Shown here in pieces: positions 1 through 14,024 of a DNA stretch of 64,000 nt. Where the stretch lies: contig NC_087436.1 of the NCBI RefSeq assembly GCF_036321535.1, positions 44,270,001 through 44,334,000 of the forward strand. Reading direction: 5' to 3'. Origin of the DNA: Camelus dromedarius (lineage: Eukaryota). Position 1 is the first letter of the stretch. Each line of letters begins with the position of its first letter. Under the pieces are notes generated by a model. The model worked only from the letters and a program-made list of their open reading frames with translations. It was not told the origin of the DNA and searched no databases. The translations under genes and the position numbers were made by a program.

Positions 1-2559
1 ATTTCAAAATTTGTATCTAATGGTCTTGTGTACCATGAATTACAAAAACATACTTTTGCAGTCTGTAGCTTAGTAAAATTAAAATTGTTTTCTCAAGAGA
101 TCCTTATGAAGTATTCACAAATAAATTGCAAGAGACTCTTTCATACTAACATTTGACATAGTTTATTTTTCTGGCCTATAGTTTGGTGCTATCTCTGCCC
201 TTTTATCTTGAAATACTTGCTGGACCTGAGCACATCAAATGCAAAAGATTTATCTCACCAGGAAAGCTAGGCCTGGTAAAATTAAGTAGTTAGGAATTGT
301 CTCTGGGAACAGGGAGAATTATTACACCCAACAGACGAATAAGTATTTTTATAAGGATCAAAGTTGTCAACCAAAGGGATAAAATTCTGGTAAAGAAATT
401 TCAGATAATTGGCTCACAAGTGAGAGAATTTTTGTGTGGGTGGAGGCCTTGCCTCTTTCCTGGAGCCATGAAATCTCATCAAGAAAAGATTAACAAGATC
501 CGCCTATTTGGTTTAGAACATTCAAAGATATTTTCTTAGCTGTTCAACTGATAGAGTTAATACCTTAGTTCTAATCCATGTGATTCTCTGTAAAGTACAA
601 ATGAGCGGTTGTCATTTTTACCTTTTAGAAATTACAGATCAGTTTGTAAGACCTATCTTACAGCCCTGTAAAGAGGGACAGAAATCATAGTATTTGTCAG
701 AAAAATCCACTTTCAGTTGAATGAGTACTTCATATCTATCATTTCTTATAGTCTTTCAGTTGCCCACTCATATCTTGGTGGCACTCAGGTTAAGAATGTT
801 GCTTTATATTTGGTAGAGTAGCTACTAGAATAATTCAAGAAGAATTTAAAGATAATGTAATTAACTCTGGATTATTAAAGCTGATGGAGAAGGGAAATAC
901 CATGAGAAAGTGATTCTCCAGAGACAAATCTCTATTTTCATATCCATTTCCTTTTCACCATCAACAGATTTTTTATTACAGTGCCTGTTAAATGATAAAC
1001 TCATTACTCACTTGAAATCCGAAACATGTTCAAATCTCTCTTGCTCTTTTAAATGACTAAGGTTAACCTTGGATTGCTTCAAAAATCAGATGTAGACATC
1101 AGCTAAGATCAGTCATACATCATGGGACAATTATCAATTTCTATTGGCTGAAAGTTCAGAAATATTCATTATGCTATTTGCCACTTCTTTCCGGGCTTTT
1201 TCAGACCCCATTGGTGAATCTTAATTATCACATTGGAAAATAGTTAGCTCCATTTATTGAAATAATATAAAATAAAGCCACCTAAGATAATAGAGATGAA
1301 ATTGTTGAATCTTCAGTGCTACTGGGCTATTCTTAATCAAATTCTGTTACTCATGTATGATTTTTGGTTTGTGAATTAACTGGTTTTGTCACTTTTCTTC
1401 TATCACCTGTTAATCTCTTTTGGGTACATTTTACTGATTATTCATTCCTCTAATAATTTTTGGCCATTGTGGTCACTGAGGTAGTGAGTGATATCTCCTG
1501 ATTTTTATTTTAGGTAACATGAGAGGTAGAAAGTAGGCTTTTTGAGGCAATAAATGAATATCAAACTGAAAGGGAATTAATCAATATGTATACTTGAAGT
1601 TGGTAGTAAACATAAAATTAATTTGCTTATACAATTAATTATTGACTTTATGTGATTTTATTTAAAAAAGTAGAGCAGTGGTAGTAGGTTTCTTGTGGAA
1701 GCATGTGAGACATTTTTAAGAAAGAAAGCACAAAAATTGGATGTTCATGCAGAGTTGGCATCATGACAAGCCAAAGTCATGCCTGAGCTGAAAGTCTTGA
1801 AGGAGCAAAAATATCTTGAAAAAGCATAAGAAGCTAGGCTATAGAGACTTACTGGAAAATGGATCAGAGGCACAGAATCATGACAGATGATGCAGTATAA
1901 TGACAGAAAAGGCTATCAGCTCTATTTCCTGATTTTACAAGTGTAATGCTGGCCAAGTTGTACATTTAAAAATTTTCTCTGATGCCTACAAAATTTTATA
2001 TTTCATCCCTAATGAGTCCCATTTTCACTTGAGCTGGTTTGAGTGAATTTCATTCAAATGATCCCTAACAGAGATATTGGGGCATTCATGTTTAAAACCA
2101 AAGACATCTTCCTCTCCACTTGAGCTCCTATTGTCATCATTTTTATAGTCATTCAGGTCACAAACCTGGCATGGTCACATTCCTCTCCTATTGCCCAAGC
2201 CAGTCATGAAGGTGTGTGACATACTTATTGTTTACTAGCACCACAATCTAAGCAATGGTATTTTTCATGTTTCCTTAATTTATCTCCTTTATTTACATCC
2301 AGAATTTTAACTAGTGTACAGATATCTCAAATTCAGTTTTTGCCTCTGTGCCTTGGCGACATTTTTTCCCCTGTACTTCCTTCTTTCTTTTCATTTAGAT
2401 TTTCCCTTTCTTTCGAGGCCGCTCTAAAATTTTTACCTTCTATAACTCAATATGTGTCTTTTCTTTGAATTTTTAATGAACTTGTCTAGAATCTCAGAAT
2501 TAATGACTTTCAGATGAGATCTCCTTAGGAATAAAGATAGAATTATATAGTTCAATCCA

Positions 2560-2735
2560 GTTAAACAAGCTTTATTGAGCACCAGCTGTTTGTCAGACAA
2601 TGGGCTAGTTGCTGAGATGTGATATACAATGAATTACTCATTTATTCAACAAATATTATTGAACTTCTAAAATATGCCAAGTCCTGTTTTAAAAGCTAGT
2701 CCTGCTCTCATGGAGCTTATATTCCAGTGAAGAAA
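2560..2735 (-). mobile_element. L2 3' end fragments
   Basis: Typical antisense L2 tail motifs (tttattgagcacc..., cattTattcaacaaatatt..., cctgctctcatggagcttatattccagtg). Confidence 0.65.
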
Positions 2736-3009
2736 AGTAATTACACTGATGTTGTTTCATGCATGCTAATGATGTCTCCCCAGGCAAATGGTAAGTCCCT
2801 TAAAGGAAAGAAACTGATCGGTCTTTTGTCTGTTTCCTGAGTGCCTCCTCATTCTTGTCAGGCACCCTTATTTACAGAAACTCCTTAGACTAAAATCTCA
2901 GCCCTACTTTTTCTCTTTCCATGATCTTCAGCAGCGAATTCAGCAACTTTTATTGTTGTGCAGAGCCATTGTTTCTAATGGCTGTATATTCTGATACCTG
3001 ACACTGAGT

Positions 3010-3560
3010 CCTCATAGCCAATTGCCTACTCACCTGTCACTAAAATCCAACATGCCTCAACACAGACTCACGCTCTTCCAACACAGGTTCCTCTCTCAGT
3101 TTTACTCTTCAGTCCTCCAGGCTTGAAACCATCCAGTCATCTTTGACTCATCATTCCTCTGCTTCAGTCCTTGCATCTACTTAGTCATGAAATTATGTTG
3201 ATTATTCCTTCTAATTGTTTTCTATATCCTTTTCTTCTGATTCATGATCACGCTGACCACTCTGAATTAGATCTTCTTCATTTCATACTTGAACCATTAG
3301 GTTAGTTTTCTAAATAGCCCCCTTATCTTCATCTTTTACTCTCTCCATCTTCCTGCCATAAGACGTTCTTTGAATACTTCCCTTTATCGTCTTTCTTCCT
3401 GTTCAAAAACCTGTAAAGAGGTCCCATTGCTTAGTACATGAAATCTAATTTTTAAAAAATTTTCAGGCACTGTATAACTTTGTCCCAATCTGTTTATCCA
3501 GCCGTATTTTCCTCCACTCTCAACGTGACTGTCACACATGCCGCATTCCCTCTCATGCCT
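3010..3560 (+). mobile_element. L2 LINE fragment
   Basis: Pyrimidine-rich, L2-like motifs (caacatgcctcaacacagactc; gtcatctttgactc; cctgttcaaaaacct...cccattgc). Confidence 0.65.
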
Positions 3561-3569
3561 TTGTCCAGA

Positions 3570-3815
3570 AGTAGTAGAGAATAAAAGTTAAGAGTTTGGC
3601 TTTGGGTGTCAAATAGAGCAGAGCTAGAATCCAGTACTGCTTCTGACCTTTCCCAGCTCTGTGACCCAGAACAAATTACTTGGTTTCTTAAGCCTCAGTT
3701 TCCTAATAGGAAGTACTTAATGCATGTGTATATTGAGGAGAAAATAAGATAATGTAGGTTAAGTGCTCAGTACAGCATCTGATAATATGTGCTTAATAAA
3801 TGCTGTTGTTATTAA
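3570..3815 (+). mobile_element. MIR SINE
   Basis: MIR core (ctgtgacc...aaattactt...agcctcagtttcct) and tail (gcttaataaatgctgttgttatta). Confidence 0.8.
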
Positions 3816-4029
3816 TTTTACTTGACTATGTTTTCCTCTCCTGGCATACTTTTCTTCTATCCCTTCACCTAGCCTAACTGGTCCACTTTTAAGGCTCTGC
3901 TCAAAGCCCTCATGCTCATGAAGCCTCAAGTAACTTCCTTATGCTTCTTCTGAATTCCTAAAGAACAGACAGATTACGTAAAACTTTGAGGGCTGAACTC
4001 CATATTGACAGGGTGAATATGAAATGAAA

Positions 4030-4185
4030 TGTGGGAATCCAGAAGGCCTTGAATCTAACCTACTCTTCCAATAATTAGCATGAGACCACAGATATAATTA
4101 TTCTGAATCTCAATTTCCTCATCTTTAAAAATGGAAAAATTACTAACTTTTCCCACTTTATGAGGTTGTTAGAGGATCAAAGAAA
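4030..4185 (+). mobile_element. MIR SINE fragment
   Basis: tctgaatctcaatttcctcatctttaaaaatgg...gaggttgttagaggatcaaa. Confidence 0.7.
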
Positions 4186-4232
4186 TTGTTCTGAATTTTT
4201 ACATGTATATAATTTCACTGTAGATTGATTGT

Positions 4233-4780
4233 TTTTTTGCAGTTTTATTGAAGTGTAATTGACATAAAATTATAAGATATTTAAGGTATGTGTTACAGTG
4301 ATTTTATATTTATATAAGCATTGTGATAGGACTCCCCACATCTAGTTAAACACATACATCACCTCACATATTTATCTTTCTTTCTTTCTTTTTTTTTTTT
4401 TTTTTTTTTTTTGGTGAGCACATTTAAGTTCTAATCTCTTAGCAAATTTCAGTTATACAATACAGTGTTATCAACTATAGTCACTATGTTACACATCAGA
4501 TCCTCAAACTTTATTCATCTTACAGCTGAAAGTTTATACCTTTTTACCAGCCTCTCCCTATTTCCCCTACCCTACCAGGCCCTGGCAACCACTTTTCTAC
4601 TCTGTATTTCAATAAGTTAGATTTTTTTTTTCAGATTTCACATATAAGTGGTACCATGTAGTATTTGTTTTTGTCTTGCTTGTATCACTTAGCATAATGT
4701 CCTCAAGGTCCATCCATGCTGTTTCAAATGGCAGGGTTTTCTTCCTTCTCATGACTGAATGATATTCCATTGTATATATG
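4233..4780 (-). mobile_element. LINE-1 3' end (L1MA-like)
   Basis: Antisense L1 3'UTR starting at a T-rich tail; ORF 4609..4812 gives the L1 ORF2 C-terminal motif MEYHS..KK.LPF..WMDLEDIMLS. Confidence 0.9.
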
Positions 4781-7700
4781 ATTATTAGAATATTTTGGTA
4801 AAGGTTAGGCATTGATTTGTGTACTGCTTATAGATTTTTGGGAGAATAACTGTATATAAAAATTATAATAGGTGCTATTTAACACATATTCTCTTTAGGA
4901 CGGTACTAAAATGATTCATTATGAAGAACTTCAGTCTCCTATATTCATTTTGCATTTTGCATTCATTTTTTATCTAAGTCTTTGAGAACTACACTTCTAA
5001 AAGGAAGGGGGTTTGAAACAAATGTTAACACACTTTTGGCATTCTCAGTGCTTAGTGATAATTGCAGAGAAGGTTATTATGCTTTCTTGAGTTATTTCAA
5101 AGTTTTCAAAAGGAGTAAGAAAGACATTAGAATAACACTGACTAAAGTTTAATTTTTTTTCCAACTTTAAAGTCTAACTTTTCCCTTCCCTTAAACTAAT
5201 TTTATTTTAAATTTGCCTGAACCTCACAGACCCCTGTCCAAAGGGAAAGAGTATTACTAAAATGGTTCAGTATGTAAGATTAGCCCCATATTGGCCCCAC
5301 CTAGGCTAATTGGCATTACTAAAAGTGGGTAGAAGGAATGCTGGCCACAGGGAGTTGCCCGTTTTCTGTGATTCATATCTTGGAGCCACTGGGGTAAAAT
5401 TTAGAGGGAATCCACTCCTATCTAAATGCCAGGTTCTCGCGCCTAGACAATTATTTTTCAGTACACATTTTTTTTTTTTACTCTGGCCACACCTCTTAGG
5501 GAAACAGAAAACATGTCAAGCCATCACAGGTTGCATCTTCAGTCTTATTCATTCACAGTTTGTTAACCACAGACACAATGGAGAAATAGGCTGTAGTAAT
5601 TCAAAATGACTGCTAGCTGAATTCTTTTATTTAGCCTCAACTCTGGGAATTTTGTAAATAAAAATGAATTCAGTAGAGGTGAAGATGATTTTTTTCAAAC
5701 AAATAATATGGAATTTCTAGTTCATTGCTGCCCTTGCTGGCAGCCTTGTGTGTTATGCTTTTGGAAGAAATAATATTCTAAAATTAATGTAATCTATGAA
5801 GGAATCCCTGGAGGGTGTAATGTTTTCTAAACTGACTATTCAAAGCACTTATGCTACTTTAGCTTCTTTGGTGACTAGAAGAACCAGGTATAACAACAAT
5901 AATAATAGACCAAACTTTCCACTAGAATCTCTGATTAGACTCCTTGAACAAAGAAGTGAAAACAGTGAGCATAGGGACAGAAAATAATAAAGTTAAAAGG
6001 TGTGGTTTACATAGAATTGACATTGGCTGTCATCTTGATATGGGGAACTTTTCCTTTTATTTCATTTTTTAGTAGTGTGCAGCAAAGAAAATCTTTGAAT
6101 TATTTTATTTTTTTCAGTGAAGAATTGGATTTGAGTGGAGTCTGAAAAAAAATTACTTTAAAGTGATACATGCATATTTTTCCTTTAGGGTCAATGTTTA
6201 AAGTTTGCTAATGAAAGAATCTTTGAAAAGTAAGACTTTCATTTTCAGAAAAAAAATTTTTTTCCTTGATAATTCTTCCTCAGTGGAGTTACAGGCCTGT
6301 GTTCCAATAACAGGATGATGTTTATGTCATTTTAGGGGTTTGTTTGTTTGTTCATTAGTTTTTGGCCCTGATATTTTTTCTGTTGCTTATTTCAAAGTCA
6401 GATTTTCAAATGAGATTTTCTTTGACTTAATTAATTTTATTGAAACAATTATACTCAACAGTCCAAATCCATGATTCAACTGAATTTAATAATTTATCAG
6501 GAGATATAACTGCGATATCTTTTGTTTAATTGCTGATGTTCCCTTGTGAATTGTGGCAAGTCAAGCTGGAAAAGGAGAAGTAAGATGTCTTGTTGTAAGA
6601 CTCCATTATCCAATATTACTGTGACTTAGGGTTCCCTTCTTCTTTTCTGCCTCAACTTGAAATTCATAGGTAAACCTTTTCTTTTTATTTTTTGACAATG
6701 AGAAGTCTAATAATATAGGTCTTCTGAAGGACAGGAAGTTTAAGGAGTGGAGGAATTCAAGAGTGAATGTGGGCTGTAACGTTAACACAGGTAAGAAAGA
6801 TAACATTTTTCACTCTCTGAAGTGAAGAGCTGCATCTTTTTGGAATCAAAGAGGAAGCAGTTAGACTCTAGAGATTACAGGAGTCCAGATATATAAACAA
6901 ATTTGTGAATCTTAGTTACCTCCCAAAGAATATTTCAAAAAGTTGTTACTGTAGCTGGGCCCTGAAGAAAAAAAAATACGAGTATTATTGATTGAGATCA
7001 CTGCTGTTTTGCAGATTATCTAAATTTCATGCAGTTCCAAGTAAAGTTACATGAATAAAAGTAAGATTGCAACATTTTGTGTTGTGTTGGGTCATTCTCA
7101 TTTTTCATGATAGGCACGTTGTCCCTTGCTGCTCCCAATTCCCACTAATTTTTCCTCTCGAGTGTCTACAATTCAGCGCCTATAGGCAAGGAGAAGATGG
7201 GAGGACAACCCCAATGTGAATGGTGGAAAAAATTAAAACGCAAATGAAGGATATCAATTTTTTTCAGTCTAGGCTGAAATCTAGATTGTATTTCATAAAA
7301 TGGGAGAAGGAGTTACAGGAAGGTTTTCCCCTGTTGCTGTGACAGGTCACCATTTCTAATCTGAGGGTCACAGCCAAGTTCCCTGTTTAGTAATTGCTTG
7401 ATTTGACATCTATCTTGACCTTTATTTACTTTGGCCTTTCTGGCTAGAGGTCATGAAAGCAAACGAAGATAGAAGTCTTATAAATGCCTTGATGATGAAA
7501 AATGAGAATGGTATCCCTTTGGCCCTATGTATGAATATATGTATAATGCGTTGGGGTGTTTTAACTCTTTGGTGCAATCCACAGTGGAAACACTTATAAA
7601 TTTTCATCTGATTCTAGACATGTACTTTGTAATGACTTTGGTGTGAAGATAATAGATATTAAAAATGGCAAAATCTTGTTCAATCTAAATCTTGACCATA

Positions 7701-8539
7701 GGAAGTAGAGGCAGGTTGTCCTGGATTAATTACTTTTTTTATTTGATCAGAATCCACAAGCGCATAATTGTGGTGTCACAAATAGAAGTGTTACTTTCCA
7801 AATCCTCTAAAACAGGATTTTGATATGTACTTTTAGTGGCATGCTCGTCATGGATAGGAATCCGCATAGAAAATGTGGTACCATGAATAGATGTTCAATT
7901 TCTCTTTCATATATTGTTAAATATAGATCAGGCATAAGTCTCAGCCTTTTCCAAGAACAAAATACTATTTTTTCCTTAAAATAGAAATAATAAATAGAAT
8001 TCAGATATTTTCTCCATATAATCAGCCCAGGAATATGAATTTGAAGGTGAGAATCTGCATTTTCTTTGCCAAATGTTTTGTCCTAACCAGAGAATTATAC
8101 TAATAATCTTTGAGTTGGCGGTTTAGAAAAAACTGAATGCTAGAGCTGAGGGTTTATTTTGTAATTTTATGCTTCTTACATGAGACATTCTTTACAAAGT
8201 TAATAACAGTGGCCTAAGGAGAAAATTTTTTGATACTATTCATTCATAAATTCAAAATTTTCTGTCTATATTTTAATGATATAGCATATGAATATGGTGA
8301 TATAGTAAATGAAACAAGTGAAGCACTGTCATCACCAAGGTGCATATATGGGCATTTTTGGAAAAAAATATATCAATATTCTGCTGGGCTTTCATAATAG
8401 TGGATAAGGTAGAGTTTCTTAAAAATAATTATAATTGGCTTTCTATGAAACTATGTCATTAATTTTTAGAGTCTAAAGCATAATGTTTTATTTTATATTA
8501 CTTAGGTGATATAGTAAGTTAAAACATCAAAGATATTTA

Positions 8540-8760
8540 AGTATCTTTTACTCTGTCTTTTCCTATAATCACCATTTGTGATTACATGTTTATTTTGTAA
8601 TTTATTTGATTTATTTAATTACAAAATAAATATATAATCTCAACTATAAATTCTAAGAGTAGGAACTAAGTCTGTTGTTTACTTTCTGTTGAATTCTCAG
8701 TACCTAGTTAGTTTTAACACATAGTAGGCCTTCAATACATATTCTTAAATATGTGTGAAA
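8540..8760 (+). mobile_element. L2 3' end
   Basis: caactataaattct...cagtacctag...acatagtaggccttcaatacatatt. Confidence 0.6.
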
Positions 8761-9019
8761 ACAGAATACTTGTCATGAATGAATTATCCTTTAAAACTAC
8801 TGCAACTTACCAAAGCAGATTTGAGGTTAGTGGCAGGAGTAGAAAATGAAAAGGGAAGGATCTTTACTTATCTCAACATAAAGAGATGGGTGTTATTGGC
8901 CTATGACCACTCCTATTTTAAACAGATTATATAGAGTGCTATCTTACCCAGGGCTTAAACTCATCATAGTTCAAACCTGGGTTTATGGACACAGGAAGGA
9001 AAAATGGCTTTCAGAAAAA

Positions 9020-9166
9020 TAAAGCCTTGATTTGTAACTTTTGCCAATTTCCATAGTGCAAATACTTTTATCAAAGATGATTTCACGATACCAAAGTAAT
9101 GTCACTGAATGTAGAGTTGGGAAGATATGAACATAGTCAGCTCTCCCTAGCAAGACTAGCACATTG
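9020..9166 (-). mobile_element. MER63A-like hAT DNA transposon fragment
   Basis: Reverse-complement similarity to the copy at 46782-46991 (gatttgta...tttcc...gtcactgaa...gttgggaaga). Confidence 0.7.
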
Positions 9167-9279
9167 TTGTGGGAATAAGACTTTGAAAATTTACTTTTTC
9201 AGCGTCTTTTCCTGCCATTTACTGCCTGGAAATTTACAGTCTAATATACCAGACATCTACTAGGTTTACATTTTTGGTA

Positions 9280-9615
9280 AACATGGAGACACTGTTTGGA
9301 CCCCTTTCCAGGAAGGACTTGCTGCCCAGTTGACTCCAGCTCTCAGCCACTTCTCTCATTGCCTCAGCTTCAGAGTGCTGCCTTGCCCAAGGTCTCTTCT
9401 TTCTGGACATCCTGCATCTGGTGACAGAGCCAGGCAAGGATATAAATATCTGGCTCCAAAGCTCCCCAGAGTGCTGGCAGAGGCTTGGACATCTTGTGTC
9501 ATAGTTCAGTTTCCCTCTCTGCCCAGTTCTACTTTCTTCTGCTCCCTTCCACAGGTATTGCTCCTAATAATACCCCACACTTAGTGTCCACTTCAGAGAA
9601 ACCACATTTTGACCA
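9280..9615 (+). mobile_element. LTR16-like ERVL solo LTR
   Basis: ctctgcccagttctactttctt...cccttccacaggtattgctcc resembles the LTR16 R region; TATAAATA at 9441-9448. Confidence 0.7.
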
Positions 9616-9639
9616 CACTTCTCTATTTTACTTTATTTC

Positions 9640-9985
9640 AATCTGTTGGGAGTGCTTGGGAGAACCTTCCCACCTATTCTGCTGACCAAACTTTTGTCCA
9701 TCTTTCCATCTGTCCTGAAATTAGCTCAGGTCTATCTTTTCCAGGAAATCTGTGAACAACTCTTGGACAGGCCAAGGGGCTTCATATCACCCTTCTCTAG
9801 GTGTTATAGCACTCTGCGTGGATTGTTATCTGTTTTCTTACCTCATTATATCAATATATGTTTATTTATCTGTCTCTAGATTGTAAGTTCCTTAAGAATT
9901 TCCTTCTGTCTCTGTTACTCAGTGCCTAGCAAAATGATGACACATAGGAATCACTTAATGAATACATATTTATTGAAATGAATTA
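9640..9985 (+). mobile_element. L2 3' end
   Basis: ctagattgtaagttcctt...cagtgcctagc...atttattgaaatgaat. Confidence 0.7.
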
Positions 9986-11207
9986 AATCAAATGATTTGT
10001 ATAGACTTATCCAGTTTCCATTATGAGCTGATTATATAATAATTGGGAGATTCTTAATCTTTGCACTGTTAAGGAGGGGTTCCTATGAGAAAGCAATGAC
10101 CAACGTAGTTCTTGAAGAGTTGGAAAGATGGTCACCTGGACCACAGTGCTGGTCATTTTCTCATGGTACAAAAGGAGTGACACTGACGTATTTATAACAT
10201 AAGACAGAAGTAAAAACTTAAAAGAGAAGGGACATGGCTCTTGAAAAATACAGAGCCAACTTTCACATAATATTTGGAAGGGGAGCAGTCCCCTTCCCTG
10301 GTTCATATATTTTTAGAAGAAAGAAAAATGAACACTCAAATGTTATTCCTGTTTATAAAGGAGTTGATTTCATTGTCTGATTAAAATACAGATTTCTTCT
10401 TAAAGTATATATAAGGTTCATAAAATAAGTAATGTTTACTAATTTTGAAAGAAGGTAAAAATCATTGGTGAACACATATTTAATGTTTTTAGAGGACTAA
10501 TTTCATATTGATAGAATCCAGCTGAATGGTTTTATGACATGTTAAATCATAAAATGTGAGTTTGATTATGTTTTGACATTTAGTTTGATAGCAATCTGTT
10601 AACAGACAGCTAAATGTGGAAATTTGACAAAGTGTTTACCTTTGAAATCACTGCTTAAACTAAAACAAGCCTTTGAAAATATTTAATATATATCTCTGTC
10701 ATTATTTTTTTACAAGGCTTTTTGTGGGGGTCAAATTTCTTATAGGAAATTGTACATAAGAAGAGAAGCCAGAGAATTGTAGGGAGTAGAGATAAAGGAA
10801 ATCTTATGTTGGAATATTTCTACACTTTTTAAAAATATTGTAGTCTAATAGTGGAAATAAAGTTTTTAAATGTGGCAATTAGACAATGATAAATGGGGTA
10901 AAAGAAATATGTGAAGGTCATAAAGTTCTATGTTTAGTTATATGAAGCTTAATCATAATAGAACAGTATGACTGGGCTCCAGATTTTTGTAGCACATTCA
11001 ACAGTCTCTATTCTTATGATTCTGTATTCAATTCATCCTCTGCATACAGACATTGTCTAATTGTTTGTACTGCTATTTACTTATTTTTTCTGGATTAAGT
11101 TCTAACAACTTGAAAATTTAAGTAAAAAGATCTAATTTTTGGCATGTAACTTATTCAACTAGATGACTGAGAAAAATTCCCCTTGTGAGTGACTGAAAAT
11201 CAAAAAT

Positions 11208-11624
11208 TGTATTAACTTTCAAGAAACTGTAACAAAATGCCACAAACTTAAACAACAGAAATTTATTGCCCCAGTTTTGGAGACAAGAAGCTTGAGATTG
11301 AAGTGTCAGCAGAGATGTGCTTCCTCTTAATGCATTAAGGAAGGATCTTTTTCAGGAATCTCTGCTAGCTTCTATTCATTCTTGGCTTGTGGAAGCAGAA
11401 CTCTAATTTTCACATAGCATTTTCCCTGTGTGTGTGTCTCCAAATTTTCCCTTTTTATAAAGACACTGGTGATATTGGTTTAGGCCTAATTTAATCTGGT
11501 ATGATCTCATCTTAACTAATTACAGCTGCACTAACCCTATTTCCACATAAGGCCATATTCTGAGGTGCTAGGGGTTAGGATTTCTACATATGAATTTTGA
11601 GAGCATACAATTTGACCCATAATA
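11208..11624 (-). mobile_element. MLT1 (MaLR) solo LTR, MLT1A-C-like
   Basis: tgtaacaaaatgccacaaacttaaacaacagaaatttattg...catattctgaggtgctaggggttagg...caatttgacccataata. Confidence 0.85.
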
Positions 11625-12049
11625 AGAACCAATGCAATTTATGGCCAGTTTTAATGAGGCTCCTCCCATTGTCACCTGATGCTATAATTTTGCTTCCAAA
11701 ATACTGTTGATTCAAAGAGGAGATACATTTATGGGGTTCTATCAAATTAATATTACTATTATTTTTCATTGACTTTGTTATGGGGGGAAAATTACATAAA
11801 AAGCTATGCTGAACACTTGACATAAGGAAAGATTTAGGGCACCTGGCAGCCTGCAGTTCACAGTGTCTGGTCAAATATCATCAGCGTCTTAGGCAATGTG
11901 CTTTGTAACACAAATTTTTTTTCACCGTAATTCGTTTTAACACTTCTTGGTGTCCACATTTCCTAGTACTGTTATTATCCCTTTCAATACTTTTACCTAG
12001 GCAATAGGAACATTTTTCTGGTGCTCCCAAGCTAAGCTGTTTTCCTTTT

Positions 12050-12220
12050 AGAAGCAGTGTGAAACAATGATTGAAATGTAGGCCTAAGAGCCTGAAGACT
12101 CAGGTCTCGTCTTACGCCACTCGGTGTTCCTGGGAAGATCACAACCTTCTCAAGGCTTTAGCTTCTTTTTTTGTCATGTAAGATTTTAGACTAGGTTGGA
12201 TTCTGTACCACTGTGCACTA
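12050..12220 (+). mobile_element. MIR-family SINE (degenerate)
   Basis: gaagcagtgtg...gaagactcaggtct...gatcacaaccttctc...ttagactagg. Confidence 0.5.
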
Positions 12221-12639
12221 TTCAGAGCCTTAGACTCTCTAGGCTCAGTGAGAAGAGACCAGAGGAACAGAAGTACCAAGGCCCTTCATACATTGGCAGT
12301 TTCCCATTCCTTCAGCTCTTGGGCAACAGCTATACAATAAATTGTTTATATTCTGGGGATCTGAGTATGACTTTGATCAAATGCTAAATGATGGGTTGAA
12401 AATCACTAGACTCAATTCTATGTTTCATATTCTGAAATTCTGACTTCTTCATCTGAATAGATATTATTATTATAAATCAAAGTTGCTTATTATGGCTTAC
12501 AAAAGAAAGGAAACTTACAATTTCATAATACAGAATATCTAGTTCTCAGAGATTTTCAAGTGTGTATTATAAAAATCATAAATACATTAAACCTCATATA
12601 TTACCTTTCTTCAGCACTGTAATGGTCATCTTTCATTTA

Positions 12640-13860
12640 ATCCTGTTCAATAAACAAATGTCCTATTACTATTAACAATAAAAATCTGTTGTATACTTAC
12701 TATTGCCAGGTCCAATTCTGAATATTGGAATTAAAAGATAAAAGCTCTACCTCAAAGAGCTTTTAGCCTAGTCAATGAGACAAGTAATGGGAACATTATA
12801 CTGTCATGGCGTTGGGCACTGGATGTTATGGAGCTCCAAGGAAAAAAAAAATCTAACCTAAACTGAGTGGGAGCTGGCAAATAATAAGACAGAAGTTTTT
12901 GTTTGTTTGTTTGTTTTCTTTTTTGTTTTCTTTTTTCTTTCTTTTTTTGAGTTTAATTTCAATTGGGAGACATTGCAGGTGGTGGGGAAAGGACATGGGA
13001 ACATCCTGAAAGAGGAGAAGCAGACCTCCACTTCACCATCCATCACCCAAGGCAATGACACTTAGGAGACCAGAAATGGGCAGAAATAGAGGGATCTCAA
13101 AGCTCAGCTCAATAATGACAACATATCCCTTGAATGCTGTGTGTCCAGTGCTGTACTAAGCAAGAGTTTAATCAGAAGACAATTAGAGGAGGGGATGCTA
13201 GAACTGTATATTGAAGGGTGTGAAAATTAGGAGGAGATGAGAAGAGAGAAGGAACAAATAGGAAAGCAATCTGTGATAAGGCATAAAGACAAGAGACAAG
13301 CCAGCATATTTTGGTAACTATAGGACATTCAATGGGGTGAGATGTAGTCTGTGACAGGCAGAGTAGTGAGAGATTAGGATGGAGAGCTAAGTTCAAGGGA
13401 CAATTAACAAAGGGCCTTAAGAGTCCTGAAGAGGCTTTGGAGTTTAACCTGAAGGCTCTAAGGAGCCATTTAAGGATTTTAAATTGGGATGACTACATAA
13501 GATGTGTCCTTCTGAAAGTTCACACTAATTGCGATGTAAAGATTGGATTGAGAGATAGCTTACAATGTAGGTAAAAATATCAGTTGAGAACTTTTATAAA
13601 ACTCCAGGAAAGAAATTATGAGAGTCAGAGCCAAACAGTGAAATTGTAGTTGGAGAAAAGCTGGTTTTGAAAGATAATAAGAAGAGAAGAAAGGACATGG
13701 TGACATTGGATATGATGGAAAAAGAGAAGTTAAGAATTATCTCTTGTTTCCTGGCTTGTGCAGGTGAATGAAGGTTATGTGCCATCCACAGTGTGAAAGG
13801 ATATAATAATAGGGGGCATATTTTGGGAGATGGTAAAAATGATATACATTGTTTCATATG
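12640..13860 (-). mobile_element. L2 LINE fragments (antisense), interrupted by T-rich simple repeat at ~12895-12950
   Basis: Purine-rich antisense L2 motifs (ctacctcaaagagcttttagcctagt; ggagccatttaaggattttaa; gaagttaagaattatctcttgtttcctggcttg). Confidence 0.65.
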
Positions 13861-13874
13861 TATTCACTTAAAGG

Positions 13875-13987
13875 TAAGGTGACCATATAAATTATTGTTC
13901 AACTGGGACAATTTTTAAGTGAAGCAGGGCTTACTATTAATATATAAGCTATGTGACAGTTATACAAAATGAATATATGGTCACCTA
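13875..13987. mobile_element. MER94-like hAT-Blackjack MITE
   Basis: TIRs taaggtgaccatata / tatatggtcaccta; degenerate 8-bp flanks cttaaagg / atttaagg. Confidence 0.85.
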
Positions 13988-14024
13988 ATTTAAGGTGGGA
14001 CAGTTAAATGGAGAGTTGGATACA

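Noticed and set aside
6719..6790. 72-nt frame-preserving exon candidate (LLKDRKFKEWRNSRVNVGCNVNT) with CAG|GTAAGA
   Set aside because: The acceptor has no adjacent pyrimidine tract and the peptide is unrecognised.
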